Origin: Candidatus Moraniibacteriota bacterium
GTDB lineage: Bacteria > Patescibacteriota > Minisyncoccia > Moranbacterales > GCA-2747515
NCBI GenBank assembly: GCA_016699795.1
Contig: CP065011.1
Coordinates: 947,449-1,011,448 of the forward strand
Direction: 5' to 3'
DNA length: 64,000 bases
In this document: positions 32,101 through 40,837 of the stretch, one piece after another
How the letters are laid out: every line of letters starts with the position of its first letter
How positions within the stretch are numbered: position 1 is the first letter of the stretch
Notes under the pieces: model-generated
Told to the model about the DNA's origin: nothing
Database searches by the model: none
What the model saw: the letters and a program-made list of their open reading frames with translations, nothing else
Made by a program: the position numbers and the translations under genes

Positions 32101-33992
32101 ACATTGCCAATGACAATAATGGAGGAAACTATTTTCAATTCTCTACAACACTCGACGAAACACCTCCTACCATAACGAATCTTCAAACATCTCTTATCTC
32201 AAATGACAAAGCAGTTATTACAGCAAACACAGATGAAGAAGCATCCTTCCTCCTTCAGTACAGAAAAAAAGGAAGCCTTACCTTCACACAAACAGAACAA
32301 GGAACAACATACGATAGATCTCACTACAGGGTACTCGATACTCTTACTCCTGATACAGAGTATGAATATCAAGTGAGTGTTAAAGATATCAATCAAAACG
32401 AATCACAGAGTGATATACAAACAATGAAAACAACCTTAGATCCAGAATACAATCATGCACCTCTTTCAAAGATTCATACTATCAGTGATCCTCCTAAAGT
32501 ACTCACTGATCAAAAAGCAGTCATAACCTTCCAGACGGATCAAGCAGCAAACTGCATCCTTGAATATGGAACCCAATCAAGAAACTACCAAGAAGTTCCT
32601 CAAACAGAAGCGACAGGAATCTATGACACACTCCATTCCCTGCATCTTGGAGGACTCATCTTTAACACAACCTACTTCTACAAACTTCTTTGTGAAGATA
32701 ATCTTGGAACCCTCATAGAGAGTGAAGAAAAAAGCTTCACAACAAAACTCAAACAAGTAGACAGTGGAAGTGAACAAGCAGAATCTACTCCTCCCTCTAT
32801 CTCAGGAGTCAAAGTCAAAGACATTACAGGAGAGAGTGCAGTGGTGAGTTGGGAGACGGATGAAGTTTCAAACTCACAGGTGAGATATGGGACGACGAAG
32901 GAGACTCTTCAATTTGGTGGTGACAGTCTTGTCAACTTCGACCCCACCAAATACACCACCTCCCACTCCGTAACTCTTCGAGGTCTCATCCCATCTACTA
33001 AATACTTCTTCTCCACAGGATCTTCCGACACCGCCGGAAACATAGGCACCTCCTCCCAACAAACCTTCCAAACGCAATCTCCTTCTTCCATCTCTTCCAT
33101 TAAAGCTTCTTCCAAACAAATAGGGGAAACAACTATCACATGGAAAACTTCCACTCCCACTACCTCTATTGTTGAATATGGAAACACAGAAAACTATGGA
33201 CAAACAAGAAAAAGTGAAGAACTCAAAAAAGATCATGAAATTATCATAAACAATCTTTTAGAAAACTCTACCTACCACTTCCGAGTAAAAGGAGAAGATG
33301 AATCAAAAAATCTCTTCTCTTCTTCCGACTCTACCTTTGAACCAAAGTCTCCACCACAAATCAAAGAAATCAAGATAGAAGTTCTTTCAGACAGAGAAGC
33401 AAAAGTAAACTTCCTTACTGATACTCTTACCGACTCTCTTGTAACCTACAAAAACAAAAACAAAGAAGAAGATCAAAAGAGTGAAGGAAATCCCTCCCTC
33501 CTCCAAACTCACTCCCTCACCCTCAAAGAACTCACTCCTGGAGAAAACTACGTTCTTACTGTACGAGTCAGAGATGATATGGGAAATGAAACTCTCTCTG
33601 ATGAGATAGAATTCACTATGCAAAAAGATGAAACTTCTCCTACAGTAGAAAGAGTCTCTACCGACTCCGCTCTTTCACAAAACGGAAAAGTACAAATGAT
33701 TATTAACTGGCAAACAGATGAAGATGCTTCTTCCTCCCTCATCTACAAAGAAGGAAGAGCAGGAGAAGAAAAAACAGTGAATGTAAGTTCTTCCCCAACA
33801 AAGAATCACATCATTGTACTCACCTCTTGGAAACCAGGAACTCTCTACTCTTACAAAGTCATAGTAAAAGATCTGAGTGGGAATGAAACCATAACCAAAG
33901 ACTACATCACCCTTACACCACAAACAAAAGAATCTGTTGTAGAACTCATCATAAAGAACTTCAAAGAAATCTTTGCTTGGACGGGAGGGTAG
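26106..33992 (+). CDS. Giant secreted multidomain surface protein (2628 aa): signal peptide, LamG/concanavalin-like domain, two beta-helix-like Gly-rich repeat blocks, then about 9-10 fibronectin-III-like domains
   Basis: N-terminal signal peptide; LamG-like segment (LSLWINPSVYPN...FNGSIDDVRIYNTALS); duplicated block ...TLGGGASTSTLTLSYGSPTNKF.VTGNVTI...GYLTHTANTT...HRLFMD.GGNLDVQ.GGQIN.DGKGY at about 27340-27580 and 28310-28540; repeated TxTWxTDExSxSxVxYG...Y.F.V units from about 31500. Confidence 0.85.
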   Translation: MLQNNIQKIFFFGLFLSIGFLSLGNHKAFAALSVSTQTTSDVSFYTATGNGTISSLDDTLPITEHGHVWSKDPNPELGPASTPIAQWKMNDNAGNTTVVDSVGGNNGTAARNTSLMTTPGKVNGALNFNGSSDSISIPAGVTLAGKSKFTLSLWINPSVYPNSGLEKPIYYESTSNSAYTRVGLVLDSNGKIMLGGRDSSQDPTGAYQVFVQGNGVIPLNTWTHITASFDSDADVFTLYKNGILDANSTTNRSALGSSVSAIRKIGTYPNQFFNGSIDDVRIYNTALSASEIAQIYNSGNGTEGSSKTQLGPRSTTGTFTSSLTGLDFLTTYHTRSYAVLSNGSEVYGEDDTFTTLIAPSETRTWTGALSSSWTTPGNWAEGSVPRYIDNVVINAGTNQPTLDVNGGTITIQSLTLGGGASTSTLTLSYGSPTNKFIVTGNVTILDKGYLTHTANTTTAAGEVHRLFMDIGGNLDVQTGGQINADGKGYQAGNGPGYCATNGYYSGSYGGQGDGGVCPTYGSLIDPVNLGSGGWGGVGGGAVILTISGGSMINGMISASAISSGDMRSSGGTINISSNTIAGSFFMKTNGGGSPYYGGGGGRIAVKLISGNDFGSITMQAYGGLTGGAAGTIYTETADQGSGNGTVIIDNNNITSSRFATIPSTQTWTIKNLVLRNKGQISVPTGTTLNLTNATITNDGLGTSGINVNGGTLTNTGLSINGIYLTLTAPQTINGNLSLGGGSTTSILTVSNGSPTNKFTVTGNVTITNNGYLTHTANTTAETHRLFMDVGGNLDVQVGGQINVDGKGYSAGPGSGLGFWGVRQASYGGMAYDLNLTYGSIFNPLDLGSGPSYCGAIKGGGSVIFTVTEEIVINGLISANGAKDSCGGGSGGTINILSKIFSGSGAISSNGGGISYGGAGGGRIAVKLTSGNDFGLVIMQAFGGGNSSNDNGAAGTIYTQTSLQGMGNGTITIDNNNVINTARNQTLIPQDNFTNNSLSLGNIIVKNKGLLAIPTGTTLNTTGDITIGTLNSSTDTSHIVANGTGTLISTNLTIHGVSGTGASINTNTKGYTPTLGTGAGTTGSLGYGSGGTYGGRGGNSSDGATSPNTYGNDFVPEDLGSGGGKSTGGTGGGDIRIRTNNNLNLYGTISSNGSAGLTNGGGGSGGSINILYAKNFTINGGKLQANGGAGQGGGGGGGGGRIAYAYENKTFTNQTIQTLGGTKGATAPATDGSAGSLKSGYLAGSLISSAFDSSSDANVMGTIEWKENEILPANTTVTISLKTAGTKENLSSSPWTQLAQSTASSLTSGCTKNGINVICSLSSIPNTLRDTIGDRFFQYKVDLSSPDLLSQPQVDDVSVSYVVNAPPEIESVSASQSTPNDTITFTYSIQDIDTQTGTYTPNYITPTFEYSLDDGSSWHTISSSFFTYNSAPFGGDISDQNADTIMENKVTDTYKTYSINWNAQQQLGLNTQTNNVRIRLTITDNEAANNNKFLVSDPFGIDTRPLTSITVSQSYQEATLGQVLISYDYEIQPTIQNNTTLTLEYFNGSTWIEAVSVTGDIGLNVSTGNKSLVWIPKTDIPEHFSSTSRVRLIASYQVASYTMTSVNYTLDTKTPTNPSLLVDASTQDLTIPSTTSVLTLGVSDDSPTQMKISLDENLTNSPWEPFNATVTIKLETDPDIVYTRFKDQYGNETQTIHTTTPETPTRVISQDTSNMLLTPPEYRAFVGFKTIEEPPTGFGNYKLYRSDDATTYTLQNIITSRTTNFLTDATPQPDILYTYKAKTTDTPGNVSFFSQTVTMKANGIQDFGEGGGGSDQTPPVLQNVTVESKDTTTVTITWETDELSDSRVEYATTPNTYTKQTGVSTYADTQAQSGLHRVTLTNLTPNTPYFFRVASTDPQGNTGVNDNNGNGYEVTTNPGPSISGVAVSSASNTQATIFWNTNVPADSVLHYSENKNGSLIDPITLSGSSVLTKNHQVTLDALTQGTTYYFYVTSTDSQGNIANDNNGGNYFQFSTTLDETPPTITNLQTSLISNDKAVITANTDEEASFLLQYRKKGSLTFTQTEQGTTYDRSHYRVLDTLTPDTEYEYQVSVKDINQNESQSDIQTMKTTLDPEYNHAPLSKIHTISDPPKVLTDQKAVITFQTDQAANCILEYGTQSRNYQEVPQTEATGIYDTLHSLHLGGLIFNTTYFYKLLCEDNLGTLIESEEKSFTTKLKQVDSGSEQAESTPPSISGVKVKDITGESAVVSWETDEVSNSQVRYGTTKETLQFGGDSLVNFDPTKYTTSHSVTLRGLIPSTKYFFSTGSSDTAGNIGTSSQQTFQTQSPSSISSIKASSKQIGETTITWKTSTPTTSIVEYGNTENYGQTRKSEELKKDHEIIINNLLENSTYHFRVKGEDESKNLFSSSDSTFEPKSPPQIKEIKIEVLSDREAKVNFLTDTLTDSLVTYKNKNKEEDQKSEGNPSLLQTHSLTLKELTPGENYVLTVRVRDDMGNETLSDEIEFTMQKDETSPTVERVSTDSALSQNGKVQMIINWQTDEDASSSLIYKEGRAGEEKTVNVSSSPTKNHIIVLTSWKPGTLYSYKVIVKDLSGNETITKDYITLTPQTKESVVELIIKNFKEIFAWTGG

Positions 33993-34372
33993 GAGAAGGA
34001 GGTTCTTTTTTGTCTTTTCGATCGATGAGTCTTCGAGGAGTGGAGACTTGGTCCGCCTTTGGCGGAAAACTCTCCGAATTTCCCTCCGTCTTTGCGAGCG
34101 AGTCTTCGAGCGTGGCAATCCAGGATTTTTCCGGATGGACCGCCACGTCAACTCATAGAAATGAGTTTCCTCGCGGAGACACAAGAAATCAAGAAAGGTA
34201 TCTCTCGACTCGAGGACTTGCTTGAGATGGTGGGGGATTTTATAAATGAATTTCTTCATTTATTCACTTGAAAGAAGGGGAGGAAATGATTGACAAGAAA
34301 ATGTCTTCTGATGTATTTTTCAAACGTTCATTATTATATGAATAAGAAATTTTTCAAAAGGAGGTTTTTGTT

Positions 34373-34549
34373 ATGTACGAATATTGCGAAAGTACCTTTC
34401 GTCCAGTTTTTCTTCCAAAGGAAAGAAAAATAAATATAGGTTATTTTCTCCTCGTTCTTTCTGTTTTAACTTTTCTTGTTTTTTTCTTCGGGATATATAG
34501 CTTTATAAAGCTTATAACATCTACCAAGGATGCTTATTTGAAAAGATAA
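34373..34549 (+). CDS. Candidate small membrane protein (58 aa), not in the ORF track
   Basis: Strong SD aaaggagg 9 nt upstream of the ATG; encodes MYEYCESTFRPVFLPKERKINIGYFLLVLSVLTFLVFFFGIYSFIKLITSTKDAYLKR with one TM helix. Confidence 0.3.
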   Translation: MYEYCESTFRPVFLPKERKINIGYFLLVLSVLTFLVFFFGIYSFIKLITSTKDAYLKR

Positions 34550-34808
34550 TTTCTTTCCAAGATCCCATTTAACCGTAGTTTTTTCTGCGGTTTTTCTTTT
34601 TTTATGAAAGAGAATATGTAAAAAGTAGCATTTTTTGAAAAAAACTGATAGAATTTTTATGGAACCGTTACTAATTTTTATTGTCATAAAATCTGCAAAT
34701 TTTTATGAATTTGCAGGAGAAAAGAGAGATGAATAAGAGTTTCTTTCTATCGTAGAAAAGAGAGAATGTGCGAAAAATTCAAAAAACTGAAGAAATAATT
34801 TTTGTTGT

Positions 34809-36275
34809 ATGAAATATACTCCTGTTATTGGAATGGAAGTTCATGTAGAGCTTAAAACAGCATCAAAGATGTTTTGTTCGTGCAAGAATGATTTGAGTTT
34901 AGATCGAAAACCTAATACAAACATCTGTCCTGTTTGCTCTGGTCAACCAGGAGCACTTCCTGTTCCAAACAAAAAAGCAATTGCCTTTGTCCAGCGAGTT
35001 GGTTTAGCTCTTAATTGTAGGGTAAACCTCCTTTCTAAATTTGATAGAAAAAATTATTTTTATCCTGATCTTCCCAAGGGATACCAAATTTCACAATACG
35101 ACATGCCTTTGGTAGAAGATGGCTTTTTGGATGTGGAAGATGTTCGTATTGGTATTACTCGTATTCACATGGAGGAAGATACAGGAAAATCACTTCACGA
35201 AAAAGGCTTAGGAGAAACACTCATCGATCTTAATCGAAGTGGTGTTCCACTTATGGAACTTGTTACAGAGCCTGATATTGCCAATGGAGAACAGGCGAGA
35301 AAATTCTGTCAAAAACTTCAATTGATTTTGCGGTATCTTAGTGTGAGTGATGCCGATATGGAAAAGGGACAGATGCGATGTGAAGCAAATATTTCTCTTT
35401 ATAGCGAAGGAAAAAATAGATTAAGTGGTACGAAGGTAGAAGTAAAAAATCTCAATTCTTTTCGTAGCGTAGAAAAAGCGATAACATACGAAATTCAAAG
35501 ACAATCAGAGCTTTTGGATTCAGGAGAATCTATTATTCAGGAAACTCGTGGATGGGATGATGCTGGCCAAAAAACTTTTTCACAAAGAAAAAAAGAATCC
35601 GCACATGATTATCGATATTTTCCCGAACCCGATATTCCTCCAATGGAATTTACCAAAGATTACATAACCATGCTTCAAAAATCTTTACCTGAACTTCCAG
35701 ATACGAAAGCGAATCGTTTCGAAAAAGAATATGGTATCGAAAAAAAACTTGCCAAAATTCTTGTTTCCGATAAAGTATTGGCTGAATTTTTTGAACAAAC
35801 TATGAGCGAGTTGGAAGAGAAAAAAGTTTCAGGAGAAATGAAAGGAGAACTTCTTAATGCAAGAAGAACAGCAACGAATTATCTTATCGTAGAGCTTCGA
35901 AAATTTCTTGCTGAAGATAGTCTAACATTTTCGGATATCCGACTTACTCCAGAAAATTTTGCCGAACTCGCAATGATCGTTATTGATGGAGGTATTAATT
36001 CTAGTGCAGCTCAAATTGTACTTCGTGAAATGTATGAACGAGGAGGAGATCCTTCTCATATTATAGAAGAAAAAAACTTAGCCCAAATGGATAACGATGA
36101 TGAGCTAGAAAAAATTGTGGATGAAATTCTAACTCAAAATGAACAATCCATTATCGATTATAAAGCGGGAAAAGATCGTGCACTCGGATTCTTGGTAGGT
36201 CAAATTATGGCCAAAACTCAAGGAAAAGCGAATCCTCAAAAAGCAACAGATCTTCTCAAAAAGAAAATGTCCTAG
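34809..36275 (+). CDS. gatB: Asp/Glu-tRNA amidotransferase subunit B
   Basis: N-terminal MKYTPVIGMEVHVELKTASKMFC... and C-terminal GatB/YqeY domain; 488 aa. Confidence 0.92.
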   Translation: MKYTPVIGMEVHVELKTASKMFCSCKNDLSLDRKPNTNICPVCSGQPGALPVPNKKAIAFVQRVGLALNCRVNLLSKFDRKNYFYPDLPKGYQISQYDMPLVEDGFLDVEDVRIGITRIHMEEDTGKSLHEKGLGETLIDLNRSGVPLMELVTEPDIANGEQARKFCQKLQLILRYLSVSDADMEKGQMRCEANISLYSEGKNRLSGTKVEVKNLNSFRSVEKAITYEIQRQSELLDSGESIIQETRGWDDAGQKTFSQRKKESAHDYRYFPEPDIPPMEFTKDYITMLQKSLPELPDTKANRFEKEYGIEKKLAKILVSDKVLAEFFEQTMSELEEKKVSGEMKGELLNARRTATNYLIVELRKFLAEDSLTFSDIRLTPENFAELAMIVIDGGINSSAAQIVLREMYERGGDPSHIIEEKNLAQMDNDDELEKIVDEILTQNEQSIIDYKAGKDRALGFLVGQIMAKTQGKANPQKATDLLKKKMS

Positions 36276-36435
36276 TTTTTTTCGGAAACTATTTTTTCTC
36301 TTTACCATTTTTCTTCGAAAAAATAAATTTAGGTAAGGAAGAGAATAGTTTCCAAATGAAAGAAATACTTGTGTGTACTCGTACTACTTTCTGTAAATAA
36401 GAAGAAAATATTTTTGTTCATTACCGTATAAAAAT

Positions 36436-36987
36436 ATGAAATTAGATAAGAAGATGTTTCTTTCTCTAGCAATTCTCTTTTTTGTTGGTTTACTAGCATA
36501 CTATGCAGGATCTTTTTTTTCTTCCAAGAAAAAATCAAATCTTCCTTTCAAAGGGGATTCTCAATATTCTTTTGGTATGGATGCTACTATATTCAAAGAC
36601 CTTGACGTTCCCAAAAGAAACCCTGAGATTCGTGGACGTATTATTTCTGTCGCCGAAGATTCTTTGGTTATCTCTTACTCGAAAGCTATGAACAATACGG
36701 ATGATCGTGAAAATCGTCGTACGGAAATGCAAAAAATGAGTGAAAGTGAAAGAGAAAAAATGAGAGAAACGCGAATGGCACAAAGAGAAGAAAATACTGA
36801 AAAAAGAAAAATATATTTCTCTGAAGAAACAAAAATATGGGAAATTCCCTCAGGGGAAGCGTCTCAAGCTAAAAAAATACAACGAAATGAATTAACTCAA
36901 GATGAGAATACTTTTCTTTGGATACAAGAGGGCTCCTCGGATAAAGCAGAGGCGCTTGTTGTGAACAAACGTGAAATTAAAAAATAA
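36436..36987 (+). CDS. Hypothetical membrane-anchored protein with a charged Glu/Arg/Lys-rich region
   Basis: N-terminal TM; overlaps the start of the downstream adaptor gene, so probably the same operon. Confidence 0.5.
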   Translation: MKLDKKMFLSLAILFFVGLLAYYAGSFFSSKKKSNLPFKGDSQYSFGMDATIFKDLDVPKRNPEIRGRIISVAEDSLVISYSKAMNNTDDRENRRTEMQKMSESEREKMRETRMAQREENTEKRKIYFSEETKIWEIPSGEASQAKKIQRNELTQDENTFLWIQEGSSDKAEALVVNKREIKK

Positions 36988-38131
36988 AAATATGGCTATT
37001 TTGAATTATCTAAAAGAGCATGCTTGGTATTTATTTTTACTTCTTTTGGTATGTTCGGGTGCTGGTTATTATGGTTATTACCAAGAGGGAACAACTTCTC
37101 AGACACAAGAAAGTAATATTGAATATGCTTCTGCAACAAAAGGAAATATTCAGGTGGAAGTAACTGCTACTGGTCAGGTATATGCGAAAGAACAAGTTTC
37201 TCTTAAGCCTCAAATAGCGGGGGATGGTTTGGAAATTATGGATATTCTTGTCGAAGATGGACAGGAGGTTAAGAAAGATGATGTTATTGCTGTTCTTGAT
37301 AATGAGGAAGCATATGATGCTATAAGAGATGCTAAACTTTCTCTTAAAAGTGCCAAAATTAAGATGGATCAAACTCGAGATCTTTATATAGATAAAACTG
37401 TTGATGATAGAAGACTGCGTCAACTTCAAGAACTAACGTATAAAGAAAGTAAGAATAGAGTTTCTGATAGCGAAAAAGAATTAGAAAAATATTTTATAAA
37501 AGCTCCTTTTGACGGAATTGTTACTGATTTTAAAATGGAAAAAGGAGATTCTATTTCACGAGATGAAATATTGGCCTCCATTATCTCCAAAAAAATGTAT
37601 GCAGAGGTCTCAATAAATGAGGTGGATGCTGTAAAACTAAAAAAGGGGAATCCCGCACGTTTAACATTTGATGCTCTCCCGGGCGTGAGTGTCGAAGGAA
37701 CAGTTTCTAAAGTAGATACTATTGGAACGGTTGAGCAAAATGTTGTTTATTTTAAAGCAGAAATTGAATTTTCTGATATTCCTAAAGAACTCAAATCAGG
37801 AATGAGCGTGAGTGTCGCGATTACAACAGAATCTAAAGAAAATGTTTTAAGCATACCTCTATCCGCTCTCAAGGGAAATTCTTCAGAAGCTTTTGTGTGG
37901 AAAGAAAAGAAAAACTCTGATCTTGGTTATGAAAAAGTTCCTATTGTCTCTGGAATTTCTAATGATATTTCTGTCGAAATTGTCTCTGGAATTTTAGAAG
38001 GAGATCGCGTAGTAACAAAGATAACAGAACCAACAACTACAAAAGAAACTTCATCTCCATCTGGTATTTTGAATGGAGCTATTCGTATTCCTGGTTCCGG
38101 AGGTGCTCCTCCAGGAGGAATGAATCGATAA
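36971..38131 (+). CDS. HlyD/MacA-family periplasmic adaptor (second copy)
   Basis: N-terminal TM, lipoyl-like beta domains, coiled coil; followed by an ABC ATPase and FtsX permease. Confidence 0.75.
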   Translation: MKLKNKNMAILNYLKEHAWYLFLLLLVCSGAGYYGYYQEGTTSQTQESNIEYASATKGNIQVEVTATGQVYAKEQVSLKPQIAGDGLEIMDILVEDGQEVKKDDVIAVLDNEEAYDAIRDAKLSLKSAKIKMDQTRDLYIDKTVDDRRLRQLQELTYKESKNRVSDSEKELEKYFIKAPFDGIVTDFKMEKGDSISRDEILASIISKKMYAEVSINEVDAVKLKKGNPARLTFDALPGVSVEGTVSKVDTIGTVEQNVVYFKAEIEFSDIPKELKSGMSVSVAITTESKENVLSIPLSALKGNSSEAFVWKEKKNSDLGYEKVPIVSGISNDISVEIVSGILEGDRVVTKITEPTTTKETSSPSGILNGAIRIPGSGGAPPGGMNR

Positions 38132-38133
38132 TT

Positions 38134-38826
38134 TTGAATATGATGATTGAGTGTAAAAATATTACAAAAGTATATGGAAAAGGGGACAATGAAACATTAG
38201 CCTTGGACGATGTTTCCTTTACAATAAAAAAAGGTGAATTTGTTGCTATAATGGGTCCAAGTGGTTCGGGTAAATCGACCCTTATGAATATTCTTGGTGC
38301 TTTGGATAGGCCGACAAAAGGCTCCTATTTTTTAGATGGAAAAGATGTTTCCACATTAAAAGAAGATGAACTTGCCGAGATACGTCAAAATAAAATAGGT
38401 TTTGTATTTCAATCATTCAATCTTCTTTCTAGAACAAGTATTATAAGAAATGTTACCCTTCCTCTTGTTTATGATGAGGTTCCGCATAAAGAGAGGCTTT
38501 TTCGAGTTCAGAAAGTTCTTCGTATTGTAGGTATTCCAGAAGATAGATGGCATCATCATTCCAATCAGCTTTCTGGAGGACAGATTCAGAGAGTTGCCAT
38601 AGCAAGAGCGCTTATTAATGAACCTTCTATTATTCTTGCTGATGAGCCCACTGGAAATCTTGATACAAAAACTGGTCATAAAATACTTGAATTTTTTTCC
38701 CAACTTAACAAAGAAAGTGGTCATACTATAATTCTTATTACTCATGAAGATGATGTTGCTACTTATGCACAACGCGTTATTACTATTCGTGATGGGAAAA
38801 TTGTAGCTGATATTTTGCAAGAATAA
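38134..38826 (+). CDS. ABC transporter ATP-binding protein (MacB/LolD-type)
   Basis: [35 protein letters not shown]; 230 aa. Confidence 0.88.
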   Translation: MNMMIECKNITKVYGKGDNETLALDDVSFTIKKGEFVAIMGPSGSGKSTLMNILGALDRPTKGSYFLDGKDVSTLKEDELAEIRQNKIGFVFQSFNLLSRTSIIRNVTLPLVYDEVPHKERLFRVQKVLRIVGIPEDRWHHHSNQLSGGQIQRVAIARALINEPSIILADEPTGNLDTKTGHKILEFFSQLNKESGHTIILITHEDDVATYAQRVITIRDGKIVADILQE

Positions 38827-38830
38827 ATCT

Positions 38831-40051
38831 ATGTTAATACGAGACGTTATTGAAGAAACAGGTATTGCTCTTTTGGCAAATAAAGTTCGCTCTTTTCTTA
38901 CTGTTTTAGGTATTGTTATTGGAATAGCTTCTGTTATTGCTATGATTGCTATAGGAAAAGGTGCTCAAAATTCTATAGAAAAGAATATTCAATCTATAGG
39001 GTCAAATCTTTTAATAATTCAACCAGGGTCTCAACGGGGTTTTAATTCACCCGTAGCTGGATCTTCATCAGTACAAACACTTTCCTTAGAAGATGCTTAC
39101 AAAATTTTTGAGGAAGTTCCAACAGTTCGTGCTGTTGCTCCAGTAATTTCTTCTCGTGAACAAGTTATTGCCAAAGGAACCAATACAAATGTTTCAATAA
39201 CGGGAGTTACACCAGAATATGCTCAGGTTCGAAATATTGATTTAGCGGAGGGAGAATTTTTCTTACAACAACATATTGAACGAGCTTCTAAAGTAGCTAT
39301 TCTTGGACCAGAAACGCAGACAGATCTTTTTGGTGAAGGAATAAGTGCTTTGGGTCAAAAAATTCGTGTTGCCAATATCGAAATGACGGTTATTGGAATT
39401 ACAAAATCCAAAGGAGGAACATCTTCTGGAAGTTCAGATGCTATTGTCTATATTCCTCTTACGGTAGCTAGCCGTTACATAACGGGAAATAATAATGTTT
39501 CTTTGATAAATGTTGAAGTAATAGAACAATCTTCTATGGAAGGTGCTCAAAGTGCTATAACAAAAATTCTTCTTACCTCTCATAAAAAAGAAGATGAATC
39601 TTCAGCCGACTTTCGAATTATGAATCAGGGAGATATTGTGGAAACAGCTTCATCTGTGACGAATACATTTACATTACTTCTCGGTGCTGTAGCTGGAATA
39701 TCATTACTTGTTGGTGGAATCGGTATTATGAATATGATGCTTACTACGGTTACAGAAAGAACTCGCGAAATAGGACTTCGTAAATCTATCGGAGCTAAAA
39801 GAAAAGACATTAGTATACAATTTCTTCTCGAATCTATTGTGCTTACTACTCTCGGTGGAATATTAGGGTTGATCCTTGGGTGGGGGATTGCTTTTGGCGT
39901 AAAGATGTATACGGGAATTGCAACAGAGATAACCATCTCATCCGTTGTCCTTGCTATAAGTGTCTCATCCTTTATTGGTATCATTTTTGGTTATTATCCT
40001 GCTAGAAGAGCTTCTAAACTTGATCCTATTACAGCACTTCGTTATGAATAA
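38831..40051 (+). CDS. ABC transporter permease (MacB periplasmic-core plus FtsX)
   Basis: Same architecture as 8577 and 9834; C-terminus ...ITALRYE. Confidence 0.82.
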   Translation: MLIRDVIEETGIALLANKVRSFLTVLGIVIGIASVIAMIAIGKGAQNSIEKNIQSIGSNLLIIQPGSQRGFNSPVAGSSSVQTLSLEDAYKIFEEVPTVRAVAPVISSREQVIAKGTNTNVSITGVTPEYAQVRNIDLAEGEFFLQQHIERASKVAILGPETQTDLFGEGISALGQKIRVANIEMTVIGITKSKGGTSSGSSDAIVYIPLTVASRYITGNNNVSLINVEVIEQSSMEGAQSAITKILLTSHKKEDESSADFRIMNQGDIVETASSVTNTFTLLLGAVAGISLLVGGIGIMNMMLTTVTERTREIGLRKSIGAKRKDISIQFLLESIVLTTLGGILGLILGWGIAFGVKMYTGIATEITISSVVLAISVSSFIGIIFGYYPARRASKLDPITALRYE

Positions 40052-40152
40052 ATTTTTTCTTGACAGGATTTTTGTAAAAGAAGATAATGACCTTACTATG
40101 GAGAGAAAAAAAGTATCATTTGTAGCTGAGAGGAAAAAACGATATTTGAAAA

Positions 40153-40178
40153 ATCGCCGATAAGGCGGTTTTTTTTGT
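40153..40178 (+). terminator. Weak rho-independent terminator (cgcc-gataa-ggcg plus T8)
   Basis: Short GC stem followed by tttttttt. Confidence 0.35.
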
Positions 40179-40236
40179 TTTTCTTTCATCAACGAAAGAA
40201 TGAGGAGAAGTTCTTTCAAAAAAAGAGGATAAAACC

Positions 40237-40728
40237 ATGTGTCAGATAAAATCGACACAAGGACCGTGTCATCATCAGGCCGTTCGTGAGGAAATTCTTT
40301 TCCTTCTTGGCTATCAAGAAGAGGATCTGGACTCGATTTCTCTCTTTAGGTATTCCATGCCTGAACTCGAGAAATCTCTTCAGAGATGTCCTTTCAACTG
40401 TGCCAATATCTGTGAATTAGACACGATTCTTCCTGGACGTTCTCCAGAAATGATTACTGTGGAAGAAATCTTTTCGCAGCTTTCTAAGAAATCTTTTCTG
40501 ATTCGTTCCGTTGAGGAATTGACAGAACTTCTAGAAAGAGACCGGATACGTTTTCCTGTTCGAGTTGATCCAGTTTTCGTATCAGCACGAGACTTTGGAG
40601 AAATGAGACGGGGGCCGTTTTTTTCAAATAATACATTGCTATTTGCAACTGAAATAGCACTGACCACCTCGCTTTTTTCCAAAGTGATTATTAGCGAGAT
40701 CAGAAAGATTTCAGATGCCGATGAATAA
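40237..40728 (+). CDS. Hypothetical protein (163 aa, Cys/His-containing N-terminus)
   Basis: Good SD (agaggat, 7 nt) before the ATG; locally elevated GC; no recognisable domain. A competing minus-strand ORF exists (see rejected list). Confidence 0.35.
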   Translation: MCQIKSTQGPCHHQAVREEILFLLGYQEEDLDSISLFRYSMPELEKSLQRCPFNCANICELDTILPGRSPEMITVEEIFSQLSKKSFLIRSVEELTELLERDRIRFPVRVDPVFVSARDFGEMRRGPFFSNNTLLFATEIALTTSLFSKVIISEIRKISDADE

Positions 40729-40837
40729 ATCCGAAAAATCCATAAGCACTCTATACAATCATAGGGTGCTTCTTCTTTTGAAAAGAAATAACAATTGAAA
40801 GATTCAAAAACTTCAAACAAAAGGAATAAGGAATATC

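Noticed and set aside
33675-34259. Minus-strand 194-aa ORF overlapping the giant gene 3' end, and other 60-80-aa ORFs at 33961-34271
   Set aside because: Several mutually overlapping ORFs in five frames sit within a GC-rich patch. This is more consistent with non-coding GC-rich sequence than with genes, and none has an SD.
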